64,000 bases of DNA from an uncultured Thalassospiraceae bacterium (GTDB lineage Bacteria; Pseudomonadota; Alphaproteobacteria; Rhodospirillales; JAPHRK01): positions 133,474 through 197,473 of the forward strand of contig CBDULT010000003.1 of the NCBI GenBank assembly GCA_965368165.1, in the 5' to 3' direction. Made by a program: the position numbers and the translations under genes. Of the stretch, positions 54,260 to 63,549 are shown in pieces; the stretch's first letter is position 1, and the number at the start of each line of letters is the position of its first letter. The notes under the pieces were generated by a model. The model searched no databases. It had not been told where the DNA came from and was given only the letters and a program-made list of their open reading frames with translations.

Positions 54260-55870
54260 TTAGGTTACGTGGTGTACCCGGTTGTAAACGTTGAACTTAC
54301 CAGTAGGTGTTTCGAGGTTTTTGATGCGTTTGATCTCTTTAAGAGTTTTCACATCATAGACAACGATTTCACCATTGAGCCAATCTTTCTTGCCGCCACG
54401 AGCCCAGATAGAGAACCAGATTTCGGTTCCATCTTTGTTAAACTCTTGGTGAACAGCAACAGATTTCTCACGTTCGGTGAGTCTCAGAGTCTTAACAACT
54501 TTACCGGTTTTCTTATCGATAACTTTCATAGACTGCTGAATTTCTGGCTCAGGGTGTTTGGTTTGATCAGCAAACACATATGGGCTGTTTGGGTGTGTCC
54601 GGATGAACAAGCCTGCACCATCTGTAGCGATTTTTTTACAGATTTTCCAAGCGTTATCAGGATGACCTTTAGGATCGTTACCCCATGTGGTGACTTTACC
54701 TTCGCCGAGGTGAGTCGTACCAGCAACAGGACCACAATCAGGATCTACCCAGTTAGCACCTGGTCCTGGGTGAGGTTTCTTGCCCGTTTCGATAGAAGCA
54801 ACAAACTTACGGTTGGTTGCGTCCATAACTTCGATACGGTTAGAAGCGTTCGCAGCAATTTGGAAGTACTGCTGTGTTGGGTCAAAGAAGCCATCGTGAA
54901 GGAACTTGTGGCTGTCGATTTGTTCGATACGCAGGTTAGCGATATCGGAGTAATCAACCTGCCAAAGTTGGCCGAGTTCTTTAACGGCAACGATCCAGGA
55001 AGGAGCTGTTGGTGTGTTGTAGATAGCTGCAACACGAGCTTCGTTTACATATTCGCCATCAACGTTAACACCGCGGGTGGAGATAACTTTAAGAGGCTCC
55101 ATGGTGATTGCGTCAAGGATAACGAAGTGAGGAGGCCAGTAGCCGCCACCGATTACGTATTTGTCTTTCCATTTACCATAATGGGAAACGGCAACATCAC
55201 GTGCATCGTATGCAACTTGCGTCGAGGCGACAACTTTTGGAGGGTTCATGAATAAGTCGATTTTAGACAAAAGACCATCACGACCAATTGCATACCAGAA
55301 ACGACCATCGGATGATTCTTTCATCACGTGGATAGCGTAACCAGTGTCGACTTTAGCAACAACTTTCTTGGTGTCGCCATCGATGATGCCAACTTTACCA
55401 GCGTCACGCAGAATGACCAGGAAGAAGTTTTCCCAGTTAAGACCGTGCATAGGCTTGGTTGGATACTCAGAAGGATCAACAAAAACCTGACGAGTTTTTT
55501 TCATGTCGTCAATAGACATTTCGCGAGGTTGAGGAGGTGTCATTTGGATGTAGGTGGCCAAATCTTTGATTTGTTGCTTAGAGAATATATCATCAAAGTT
55601 GTTCATGCCGCCTTCGGTGCCGAGCGTAATGATCTTTTCAAGACGCTTCTGACCGAGTTTTTGAGTTGCTTCTGGCAACAGGCTCTTACCTGTAGCGCCT
55701 TTACGCAGAGCACCGTGACAACCAGCACAACGCTGGAAGTAGAGCTCTTTAGAAGCTTCGAATGCTTCTTTAGAAAGGGTTGGTTCTGCAGCAAGTGCTG
55801 CGGCCCCGGTTCCCAGTGTTAGGCCGGCAGCCAAGGCAAACAAGGCGCCGGTAAGTGCTACTTTTTTCAT
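54260..55870 (-). CDS. nirS: Cytochrome cd1 nitrite reductase
   Basis: Signal peptide and heme-c site CAGCHG in FQRCAGCHGALRKGATGKSL. An eight-bladed d1 beta-propeller sequence runs throughout. Start taken at MKKVALTG (the track's GTG at 55924 is less likely). Confidence 0.95.
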   Translation of the reverse strand: MKKVALTGALFALAAGLTLGTGAAALAAEPTLSKEAFEASKELYFQRCAGCHGALRKGATGKSLLPEATQKLGQKRLEKIITLGTEGGMNNFDDIFSKQQIKDLATYIQMTPPQPREMSIDDMKKTRQVFVDPSEYPTKPMHGLNWENFFLVILRDAGKVGIIDGDTKKVVAKVDTGYAIHVMKESSDGRFWYAIGRDGLLSKIDLFMNPPKVVASTQVAYDARDVAVSHYGKWKDKYVIGGGYWPPHFVILDAITMEPLKVISTRGVNVDGEYVNEARVAAIYNTPTAPSWIVAVKELGQLWQVDYSDIANLRIEQIDSHKFLHDGFFDPTQQYFQIAANASNRIEVMDATNRKFVASIETGKKPHPGPGANWVDPDCGPVAGTTHLGEGKVTTWGNDPKGHPDNAWKICKKIATDGAGLFIRTHPNSPYVFADQTKHPEPEIQQSMKVIDKKTGKVVKTLRLTEREKSVAVHQEFNKDGTEIWFSIWARGGKKDWLNGEIVVYDVKTLKEIKRIKNLETPTGKFNVYNRVHHVT

Positions 55871-56036
55871 AAAGTATGCCCCCACAAAATTAAAACAGGT
55901 CGTTAATCGAATAACCGCTCTCACATGAGAACAAAAAAGCTGCTAAATCTGAGATGTTAAACCAAAGACTCAGCAAAATCATTGCGCCCAAGACGCGGTA
56001 TGCACAAATTACTACGCGCCACCCTCTAGGTCCACC

Positions 56037-56050
56037 TTAACTTTGGTCAA
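56037..56050. promoter_or_regulatory. FNR/Dnr-type box, one mismatch (TTAACtttgGTCAA), on the nirS side of the divergent region
   Basis: Near-palindrome about 170 nt upstream of the preferred nirS ATG. Confidence 0.5.
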
Positions 56051-56316
56051 ACATCCCCTATGCATCTAGTGGAAAACCCTAAGTTAGGCGAAACTGTTGT
56101 AAATATGCTCATTCTGGTGGAGTTTTTCTTGGTAGATATATTTCCTTAAGAAGGGAGCTGAGCCTAAAATGCGTACCATTCCTTAGAAAATCATGAGAAT
56201 CGATTTTTGAAAGATTGGCCTCGAAACTAAAATATAATCTGGTATATATAATAAGAGTAAGGCTTTATTTTTTCAGATTTTGTTTAGGGAATACCCTAAT
56301 ATAGCTGGGAAGGATA

Positions 56317-56330
56317 TTGACCAACATCAA
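56317..56330. promoter_or_regulatory. Consensus FNR/Dnr box TTGACcaacATCAA upstream of the nirE operon
   Basis: Both half-sites match the consensus. The centre is about 105 nt upstream of the nirE GTG. Confidence 0.7.
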
Positions 56331-56428
56331 TGTGCCATAATCGGTGGTGATGGTATGCGGGTTTATATTGTTTTAGACTCTTTGTCGGTCGAATATCGGC
56401 GAGGTGTTTTGACTTAAGGGGAGTTGTT

Positions 56429-57208
56429 GTGAGTAAGGATGTCAAAGTACATTTGGTCGGAGGGGGTCCAGGGGACCCTGAGCTGCTAACCGTAAAGGCT
56501 GTCCGTCTTCTGCAAGAAGCAGAGGTGGTTATTCTTGATCGCTTGATTTCCGAAGATATCCTCAAGCTCATCCCTAAGGGTACAAGCTGTATCTATGCGG
56601 GCAAGGCCCCTGGTCGGCACTATGTATCTCAAGATGAAATTAATGAAATGTTGGTTAAGGTCGCCCAATCTGGGCGCAAAGTAGTCCGTCTTAAAGGCGG
56701 CGACCCTTTTGTTTTTGGTCGCGGCGGCGAAGAGGCTTTGTTCCTTGCTGAGCATGGCATTCAATTTGAAATTGTTCCCGGTATTACGGCTGGTATGGGC
56801 TGCGGAAGCTCTTTAGGTATTCCGCTTACACACCGTGGTTTGGCTAAAAGTGTTCGTTTTGTTACGGGCCATAGTCGCAATAATGGGGAACTGGACCTTA
56901 ACTGGAAAAGCCTTGCAGACCCGGATACCACACTGGTCATCTACATGGGGCTAGGCACCATAGGTGAGGTGACATCAAATCTTATTTCGGCAGGACTGCC
57001 CGCAAGTACCCCTGTAGCAGCCGTTGAAAAAGGCTCAACCGAAGACGAGCGATGCTGTATAACCACCTTATCTGACCTTGAAGGTAAGGTGCGGGTTGAA
57101 GGCTTTATGCCTCCGACTTTGTTTATCGTTGGTAAGGTTGTTACGCTTGCCAAGCAGTTGAACCCAACTCTTGAAGATGTTGATGCTGGTTTGAGAATCG
57201 TTGGTTAA
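56429..57208 (+). CDS. nirE: Uroporphyrinogen-III C-methyltransferase (SUMT) of the heme d1 pathway
   Basis: VHLVGGGPGDPELLTVKA and GGDPFVFGRGGEE motifs. GTG start with an SD, positioned first in the nir biogenesis operon. Confidence 0.9.
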   Translation: MSKDVKVHLVGGGPGDPELLTVKAVRLLQEAEVVILDRLISEDILKLIPKGTSCIYAGKAPGRHYVSQDEINEMLVKVAQSGRKVVRLKGGDPFVFGRGGEEALFLAEHGIQFEIVPGITAGMGCGSSLGIPLTHRGLAKSVRFVTGHSRNNGELDLNWKSLADPDTTLVIYMGLGTIGEVTSNLISAGLPASTPVAAVEKGSTEDERCCITTLSDLEGKVRVEGFMPPTLFIVGKVVTLAKQLNPTLEDVDAGLRIVG

Positions 57209-57226
57209 TACTGGGTATTACTTAAA

Positions 57227-57577
57227 ATGAAATTTTTCCGCCTGTCCCAAGGGGCATGGCTTTGCGCCGCCATTCTGTCTCTTCCGTTTTTTGTACCTTC
57301 TGCCGCAGGTGCAGAGCCTTCTGCGGAGCGTAAAGCTGAACTGGCTTATTTTCTTGAGCAGGACTGTGGCTCTTGCCATGGCTTGACCCGCAAGGGGGGG
57401 CTTGGGACTCCGCTTACGCCAGAAAGTGTCGCTAAAACAGATGACGAAACCCTGTTTGATGTCATCATGAATGGTATCCCTGGAACGCCTATGCCGCCCT
57501 GGAAGGCGTTGCTAAGTTCCGATGAAGTCCATTATTTGATCCAGCTCATAAGAAAAGGGAAAAACCACGATGGTTAA
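57227..57577 (+). CDS. nirC: Monoheme cytochrome c (c55X-type)
   Basis: Signal peptide and CGSCHG. Small class-I cytochrome located between nirE and nirF. Confidence 0.8.
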   Translation: MKFFRLSQGAWLCAAILSLPFFVPSAAGAEPSAERKAELAYFLEQDCGSCHGLTRKGGLGTPLTPESVAKTDDETLFDVIMNGIPGTPMPPWKALLSSDEVHYLIQLIRKGKNHDG

Positions 57578-58748
57578 GTTTTTACGCCCGTTTGCTTTGG
57601 TCCTGTTTGCCCTAACCCTGAGTGGGTGCGTGACTTCCTTGCGTGGTACAGGTGACATGGGCCTTATTATTGAGCGTACTGACGGTTCTGTTCTTATTGT
57701 CGACCATTCGGTAGGCAAACCATTAGGACGGGTTGAAGGCTTGGGAGACTTAAGCCATGCCTCTGCTGTTTATTCCCGAGATGAGCGCTATGCCTATATT
57801 TTTGGCCGCGATGGGGGGCTGACCAAAGTTGATATCCTGACCCAAAAAATTGTGGGTCGGGTTATTCAGGGGGGCAACTCTATTGGAGGGGCGATCTCTC
57901 AGGATGGCAGCTTGATCGCCGTTTCCAATTACAAACCGGGGGGAGTTAAAGTCTTTGACTCCAAAACATTGGAACTTGTTGCTGACGTTCCCGCCATGGA
58001 AGAGGGCGAAACGAAAGGGTCTAAGACGGTTGGTCTTGTTGATGTGCCGGGGCAAAAATTTGTTTACGGCCTTTATGATGCGGGCGAGATATGGTCTCTC
58101 GATTTCTCTAAAGGTCGAACACCAAAGGTTACGAAATACAGAGATACGGGCACTCAGCCTTATGACGGTCTCGTTACTCCAGACGGACGTTACTATATTT
58201 CTGGCCTGTTTGGGGAAGATGGGCTTTCCTTGCTTGATCTGTGGCATACCGAAAAAGGCGTAAAACGTATCCTGGCGGGGTATGGCAAAGGTGAAAAATC
58301 TTTGCCTGTCTACAAAATGCCTCACCTCGAAGGTTGGGCCGTTGCAGATGATCTTGCTTTCCTCCCTGCTGTTGGTCGGCATGAACTTTTGGTGGTCAAT
58401 CGCAAAACCTGGAAAGAGGTGGGTCGGGTTCCTGTTCATGGGCAACCTGTTTTTGCCATGGGCCAACCAGATGGTCGCCAGATTTGGGTGAATTTTGCTT
58501 TGCCTCACAATGACACCATTCAGGTAATTGATGTCGAGACCTTAAAAGTCATTAAAACCATGAAACCCGGCAAAGGCGTTCTCCACATGGAGTTCACCCC
58601 CAGAGGGGATAAAGTTTGGATGTCGGTTCGCGATGCAAACCGGGTTGATATCTATGATACGGTGACTTTTGAGCGTCTTGGGAATTTTGAAGCTAAACGC
58701 CCAAGCGGTATCTTTTTCACCAATCGTGCCCATAAAATTGGTTTGTAG
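57570..58748 (+). CDS. nirF: Heme d1 biosynthesis protein NirF (cd1-like beta-propeller, no heme-c domain), lipoprotein
   Basis: Lipobox LTLSGC. Sequence is homologous to the NirS/NirN propeller. It overlaps nirC by 8 nt. Confidence 0.85.
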   Translation: MVKFLRPFALVLFALTLSGCVTSLRGTGDMGLIIERTDGSVLIVDHSVGKPLGRVEGLGDLSHASAVYSRDERYAYIFGRDGGLTKVDILTQKIVGRVIQGGNSIGGAISQDGSLIAVSNYKPGGVKVFDSKTLELVADVPAMEEGETKGSKTVGLVDVPGQKFVYGLYDAGEIWSLDFSKGRTPKVTKYRDTGTQPYDGLVTPDGRYYISGLFGEDGLSLLDLWHTEKGVKRILAGYGKGEKSLPVYKMPHLEGWAVADDLAFLPAVGRHELLVVNRKTWKEVGRVPVHGQPVFAMGQPDGRQIWVNFALPHNDTIQVIDVETLKVIKTMKPGKGVLHMEFTPRGDKVWMSVRDANRVDIYDTVTFERLGNFEAKRPSGIFFTNRAHKIGL

Positions 58749-58790
58749 TAGTATAATAATTACCTAAACAGGCCACGCCGCTACTAAAAT

Positions 58791-58902
58791 ACGTCACTCC
58801 CGCGAAGGCGGGAGTCCAGAAATGAAGGTATAGATATTTAATGATGATCGACCGCACAGTTCATGCAACCCTGGATTTCCGCCTTCGCGGGAATGATGAC
58901 GT
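58791..58902. repeat. 112-bp MITE/REP-like palindromic element between nirF and nirD
   Basis: Left end is ACGTCACTCCCGCGAAGGCGGGAGTCCAG. The reverse complement of the right end is ACGTCATCATTCCCGCGAAGGCGGAAATCCAG. Each end also contains its own GCGGGA/TCCCGC mini-hairpin. Confidence 0.6.
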
Positions 58903-58917
58903 TTGAGCTAAGTATTT

Positions 58918-59370
58918 ATGGATCAAGAGTTAAAACAACGGCTTTTGGAAGAGTATCAGCGGGACTTTCCTTTCAGTGCCACCCCCTATGCCGATATTGC
59001 TGAGGATTTGGGGGTGAGTGAAGAAGAAGTTCTCGAGACTTTCCAGGCCCTTTGTGAGGGTGGGACGATCAGCCGTATTGGGGCGGTCTTTAAGCCTCAT
59101 AGCGTTGGGGCCAGTACTTTAGCCGCTCTTTCTGCACCAGAAAATGATTTAGAAAAAATTGCCAAAATAGTTAGTGATTTCAAAGAAGTGAACCATAACT
59201 ATGAGCGTGAACATGCTTTTAATCTGTGGTTCGTGGTCACAGCAGATGATCAAGACGGTGTTGACCGCACTCTTGCAGAGATCGAAAAAAAAACCGGCTG
59301 TCAGGTGCTTAATCTGCCCATGCTGAAAGGCTATCATCTCGACTTAGGATTCAAAATCAAATGGAACTAA
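58918..59370 (+). CDS. nirD: Siroheme decarboxylase subunit (Lrp/AsnC-like NirD)
   Basis: LEEYQRDFPFSATPYADIAEDLGVSEEEVL and VNHNYEREHAFNLWFV are typical NirD/L/G/H (AhbA/B) motifs. Confidence 0.8.
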   Translation: MDQELKQRLLEEYQRDFPFSATPYADIAEDLGVSEEEVLETFQALCEGGTISRIGAVFKPHSVGASTLAALSAPENDLEKIAKIVSDFKEVNHNYEREHAFNLWFVVTADDQDGVDRTLAEIEKKTGCQVLNLPMLKGYHLDLGFKIKWN

Positions 59371-59852
59371 GTGAAACAGATAAGCTATTGGTCGGAGTCG
59401 TTGCTAAGGGTCTTCCGATTATCTCTCGTCCCTACGAAGAAATCGGTCGCCAAATAGGCTTGAGCGAGGAAGAGGTTATTCTCCGTCTTGCTGATCTATG
59501 CACAGCGGGTACCATCAAACGCTTTGGTGTGGTCGTGCGCCACCATGAACTTGGCTATAAGGCCAATGCCATGTGCGTTTGGGATATTCCGGATGGGCGT
59601 ATGGAAGAGATTGCCGAAAAATTCAGCTCATATGATTTTGTTACCCTTTGTTATCAACGCCCCCGACGTCTTCCGCAGTGGCCTTATAGCTTGTTTTGTA
59701 TGATCCATGGCAAAGAGCGCGCGGAAGTGTTGAAGCAGGCAGAGCAATTGGTCAAAGATTGCGGGCTGGAAGATGTCCAGCGTGATGTGCTATTCAGCGG
59801 GCGACGTTTTAAACAAAGAGGGGCGCGCTACGGCATGGTCGCATCGCAATAG
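59361..59852 (+). CDS. nirL: Siroheme decarboxylase subunit NirL
   Basis: Paralogue with IKRFGVVVRHHELGYKANAM...VTLCYQRPRRLPQWPYSLFCMIHG. It overlaps nirD by 10 nt. Confidence 0.8.
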   Translation: MELSETDKLLVGVVAKGLPIISRPYEEIGRQIGLSEEEVILRLADLCTAGTIKRFGVVVRHHELGYKANAMCVWDIPDGRMEEIAEKFSSYDFVTLCYQRPRRLPQWPYSLFCMIHGKERAEVLKQAEQLVKDCGLEDVQRDVLFSGRRFKQRGARYGMVASQ

Positions 59853-59856
59853 ATTT

Positions 59857-60324
59857 ATGAGAGAAGATAAAACCCACTTGCTCGATGACAAAGACCGGGC
59901 TTTGATCAATCACTATCAAGGGGATTTCCCCTTGTGCGAAAACCCCTTTGCTGTGGTTGGTAAAGCCGTTGGTTTAACCGAAGATGAAGCTATTCAACGC
60001 ATTCAAAGGCTTTTGGATGAAGGCGTCCTTACCCGTTTTGGTCCTTTATATCATGCCGAGCGCATGGGCGGGGGATTGACCCTGGCGGCGATGAAAATTC
60101 CTCCTGAAGATTTCGATGAAGCTGTTGAGAAAGTTAATCAATTCCCGGAAGTTGCTCATAACTATGCGCGGGAACATGCGTTGAATATGTGGTTTGTTCT
60201 GGCGACGGAAACACCAGAACGCATTGAAGAGGTTGTTGCAGAGATTGAAGAGGCGACAGGCTATAAGGTTTACAATATGCCTAAAGAAGAAGAGTTCTTT
60301 GTTGAACTCAAATTTGAGGCCTGA
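59857..60324 (+). CDS. nirG: Siroheme decarboxylase subunit NirG
   Basis: INHYQGDFPLCENPFAVVGKAVGLTEDEAI and VAHNYAREHALNMWFV. The ATG at 59857 is preferred over the track start at 59773. Confidence 0.8.
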   Translation: MREDKTHLLDDKDRALINHYQGDFPLCENPFAVVGKAVGLTEDEAIQRIQRLLDEGVLTRFGPLYHAERMGGGLTLAAMKIPPEDFDEAVEKVNQFPEVAHNYAREHALNMWFVLATETPERIEEVVAEIEEATGYKVYNMPKEEEFFVELKFEA

Positions 60325-60329
60325 GTATT

Positions 60330-60809
60330 ATGGATGACATAGATCGTCAAATTGTCCTCGCCACTCAAGGGGGCCTTCCTCTTGTCCCTAAACCCTATGA
60401 GGCCGTAGGCGAAACCGTTGGGGTTTCTTCTGCCGAAGTAATAGAGCGCATGGAAATTATGCTGGAAAACGGCATGATTCGCCGTATCGGCCTGGTGCCG
60501 AATCATTATGCTTTGGGGTATAAGTTTAACGGCATGACCACCTGGAATGTCCCAGACGAAAAAGCCCGCGAACTTGGAAAAAAGATTGGTGCTTTGGCTT
60601 GCGTTACCCATAGTTACTTAAGGCCCCGCCACTTGCCGGACTGGCCCTACAATATTTTTGCCATGGTTCACGGTAAGGATAGGGCGACGGCTGAAGCTGG
60701 GGTTGAGCAAATTGCGCAAGTATTAGGGGAGCATAACCAAGGTCATATGGTTTTGTTCAGTACTAAGATACTTAAGAAAACAGGCCTGCGATTAGGCGGG
60801 AAGAAGTAA
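60330..60809 (+). CDS. nirH: Siroheme decarboxylase subunit NirH
   Basis: IRRIGLVPNHYALGYKFNGM...VTHSYLRPRHLPDWPYNIFAMVHG. Confidence 0.8.
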   Translation: MDDIDRQIVLATQGGLPLVPKPYEAVGETVGVSSAEVIERMEIMLENGMIRRIGLVPNHYALGYKFNGMTTWNVPDEKARELGKKIGALACVTHSYLRPRHLPDWPYNIFAMVHGKDRATAEAGVEQIAQVLGEHNQGHMVLFSTKILKKTGLRLGGKK

Positions 60810-60822
60810 GGATACTAAGTTT

Positions 60823-61965
60823 ATGTTTCGCCTGTCACAGTTTATTCGTGAGATTGATAACCCAACGCCCGTAAAACCTTTCCGCAACCCTCCGGGACCT
60901 GTTGTCATTTGGAACTTGCTGCGCAAGTGCAACCTGGGCTGTAAACATTGTTATTCCTCCTCGTCCAATAAAGACTTCAGCGGAGAGTTGGAGACCGAAG
61001 AATTATTCACGGTGATGGAAGACCTTAAAGGGTTCCGGGTTCCCGTACTTATTCTTTCCGGGGGAGAACCCCTGCTGCACCCTGATATTTTCAAAATTTC
61101 AAAACGTGGTAAAGAGATGGGCTTCTATGTGGCTCTCTCTTCAAATGGCACCAAAATCACCGAAGATAATATCGGGGATATCGTCGCCATGGATTACAAC
61201 TACGTCGGGATCAGTATTGACGGTATTGGCGCAACGAATGATAAATTCAGAGTGATGGACGGGGCCTATGATGCCGCTGTTAAAGGCGTTAAGTTGTGCC
61301 AGGATGCGGGAATTAAAGTGGGTTTGCGCTTCACCATGACCCAAGATAACGCAACCGAACTTCCCAAGATGCTCGATTTGATGGATGAGTTAGATATTGA
61401 TAAATTCTATCTCTCCCACCTTAATTACGCTGGGCGAGGTAACGCCGCGCGCGAAGATGATGCTTTCTTCTCTATGACCCGTGATGCCATGGAAGTGATG
61501 TTCGAGCGCAGTCTCAAGGCTCAACGGGCTGGAATTGAGCGGGAATATGTCACCGGGAATAATGATGCCGATGGCGTCTTTATGCTGCACTGGATTAAAA
61601 AACATCATCCAGAGCATGCGGAGCATATGGAACAAAAGCTTATCCAGTGGGGTGGCAACGCGACGGGGGTCAATGTGTCTAATATTGATAACCGAGGAAA
61701 TGTGCATCCCGATACCATGTGGAGCCACCATACTCTTGGCAATGTTAAAGAACGCCCCTTTTCAGAAATTTGGTCCGATGTTTCCAATCCTTTGATGGCG
61801 GGCCTTAAGCAACGGCCACGAACTCTAAAAGGACGTTGCGGAGACTGTAAATATCAAGCTATTTGTAACGGTAATACCCGCGTTCGTGCTGAACGGACAA
61901 CAGGGGATGCCTGGGCCGAAGACCCCGGATGTTATTTAACCGATGCCGAAATTGGTTTGGCTTAG
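60823..61965 (+). CDS. nirJ: Radical SAM heme d1 biosynthesis protein NirJ
   Basis: CNLGCKHCY radical-SAM cluster motif and a C-terminal auxiliary Cys cluster (CGDCKYQAICNG). Confidence 0.9.
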   Translation: MFRLSQFIREIDNPTPVKPFRNPPGPVVIWNLLRKCNLGCKHCYSSSSNKDFSGELETEELFTVMEDLKGFRVPVLILSGGEPLLHPDIFKISKRGKEMGFYVALSSNGTKITEDNIGDIVAMDYNYVGISIDGIGATNDKFRVMDGAYDAAVKGVKLCQDAGIKVGLRFTMTQDNATELPKMLDLMDELDIDKFYLSHLNYAGRGNAAREDDAFFSMTRDAMEVMFERSLKAQRAGIEREYVTGNNDADGVFMLHWIKKHHPEHAEHMEQKLIQWGGNATGVNVSNIDNRGNVHPDTMWSHHTLGNVKERPFSEIWSDVSNPLMAGLKQRPRTLKGRCGDCKYQAICNGNTRVRAERTTGDAWAEDPGCYLTDAEIGLA

Positions 61966-61977
61966 GAACTGGAAATC

Positions 61978-63537
61978 ATGAAGCTGGTCAAATCTCTTTT
62001 CGTCGCCGCGTTGTTTTTCCCTTTCGCGGCCCAGGCTGCAGAAATGGATGCGGGCAAGCTCTATGAAGAGCATTGCCAATCTTGTCATGGTGTCGGTCGT
62101 TTGGGCGGGCAGGGACCGGCTTTGTTGCCCAGCGTGATGAAACGTTTACGCAAGCAAAGTGCCGTTAAAGTGATTATGGATGGGCGCGCCGCCACGCAAA
62201 TGGAAGGCTTCAAAGAGAAACTAAATCAAGCCCAAGTAGATGTGCTGATTGAATATATCTACAAGCCATTGCCGCAGGTGCCGACCTGGAACATGGGGCA
62301 AATTAAAGAAACTCATGATGTGATGATTGATCCGGCGACCTTGCCGAAAACCCCGCAACATAAAGCCGACCCCATGAACCTATTCACGGTGGTTGAGGGC
62401 GGGGATCACCACGTCACGATCTTGGATGGCGATAAGTTCGAACCCCTCTGGCGATTTGCTACCCGGTTTACCCTTCATGGGGGGGCAAAGTATTCTCCCG
62501 ATGGACGCTTTGTTTACCTCGCTACCCGTGATGGCTGGGTGTCTATGCATGACCTGCATAACTTTAAGACGATTGCTGAGGTGCGTGTCGGGATTAACAC
62601 CCGCAATATTGCCGTTTCTGCCGATGGTAAATACGTTATGGCAGGGAACTATCTGCCTCATTCCTTAGTGGTTCTTGATGCTAAAGATTTGAGCCCCGTT
62701 AAGTATATTCCCGTTGCCGATAAAAAGGGTAATACATCAAGAGTTTCAGCCGTTTATGCCGCCCCGCCACGGGATAGCTTTATTGTTGCCCTAAAAGATA
62801 TCAAAGAGATTTGGGAGCTTTCCTGGGACCCTAATGCAGAGCCCATCTACGGAAGTTTCGTCCATAGCTACCGTAAAGGTCAGTTGGAAGCGATCGTCGA
62901 GTATGAACAGCCCTTTGGCATTCGCCGCATTAAAGTGCCGGATTATATGGAAGATTTCTTCTTTGACCCGTCTTACTCTGAAGTGATTGGTGCCGCACGA
63001 AATGCCAAAAAAGGTGTCGTCTTTAATCTGGATGCGCGCCGTAAGGCCGGAGATTTAGAACTCGCCAGTATGCCCCACCTAGGCTCAGGTATTTATTGGA
63101 AGCGTGGTGAGCAGCTTTTGATGGCAACGCCTCACCTCAAAGGGGGGGAGGTCAGTGTGATTGATATGGATACTTGGAAGACAGTCAAGAAGATCAAGAC
63201 GAAAGGCCCAGGTTTCTTTATGCGCAGTCACAAGAACAGTCCTTATGCTTGGGTAGATGTCTTCTTTGGTCCCCATAAAGACCTGCTTCATGTCATTGAT
63301 AAAAACACTCTTGAAATTGTCAAAACCATTAATCCGGCTCCGGGTAAAACCAATGCCCATGTCGAATTTACCAAAAATGGTAGCCATGTTCTTGTATCCG
63401 TTTGGGAACAAGATGGCGCGTTGGTGGTTTACGATGCCAAAACTTTTGAAGAGGTGAAGCGCATTCCCATGAAGAAACCCGTGGGAAAGTATAACGTCTA
63501 TAATAAAATCACCTATGAAGAAGGTACCAGCCACTGA
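61978..63537 (+). CDS. nirN: NirN (cd1-like dihydro-heme d1 dehydrogenase)
   Basis: Signal peptide, heme-c site CQSCHG, and a NirS-like propeller. It is the last gene of the nir biogenesis operon. Confidence 0.85.
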   Translation: MKLVKSLFVAALFFPFAAQAAEMDAGKLYEEHCQSCHGVGRLGGQGPALLPSVMKRLRKQSAVKVIMDGRAATQMEGFKEKLNQAQVDVLIEYIYKPLPQVPTWNMGQIKETHDVMIDPATLPKTPQHKADPMNLFTVVEGGDHHVTILDGDKFEPLWRFATRFTLHGGAKYSPDGRFVYLATRDGWVSMHDLHNFKTIAEVRVGINTRNIAVSADGKYVMAGNYLPHSLVVLDAKDLSPVKYIPVADKKGNTSRVSAVYAAPPRDSFIVALKDIKEIWELSWDPNAEPIYGSFVHSYRKGQLEAIVEYEQPFGIRRIKVPDYMEDFFFDPSYSEVIGAARNAKKGVVFNLDARRKAGDLELASMPHLGSGIYWKRGEQLLMATPHLKGGEVSVIDMDTWKTVKKIKTKGPGFFMRSHKNSPYAWVDVFFGPHKDLLHVIDKNTLEIVKTINPAPGKTNAHVEFTKNGSHVLVSVWEQDGALVVYDAKTFEEVKRIPMKKPVGKYNVYNKITYEEGTSH

Positions 63538-63549
63538 AGCGGCTTGTGC

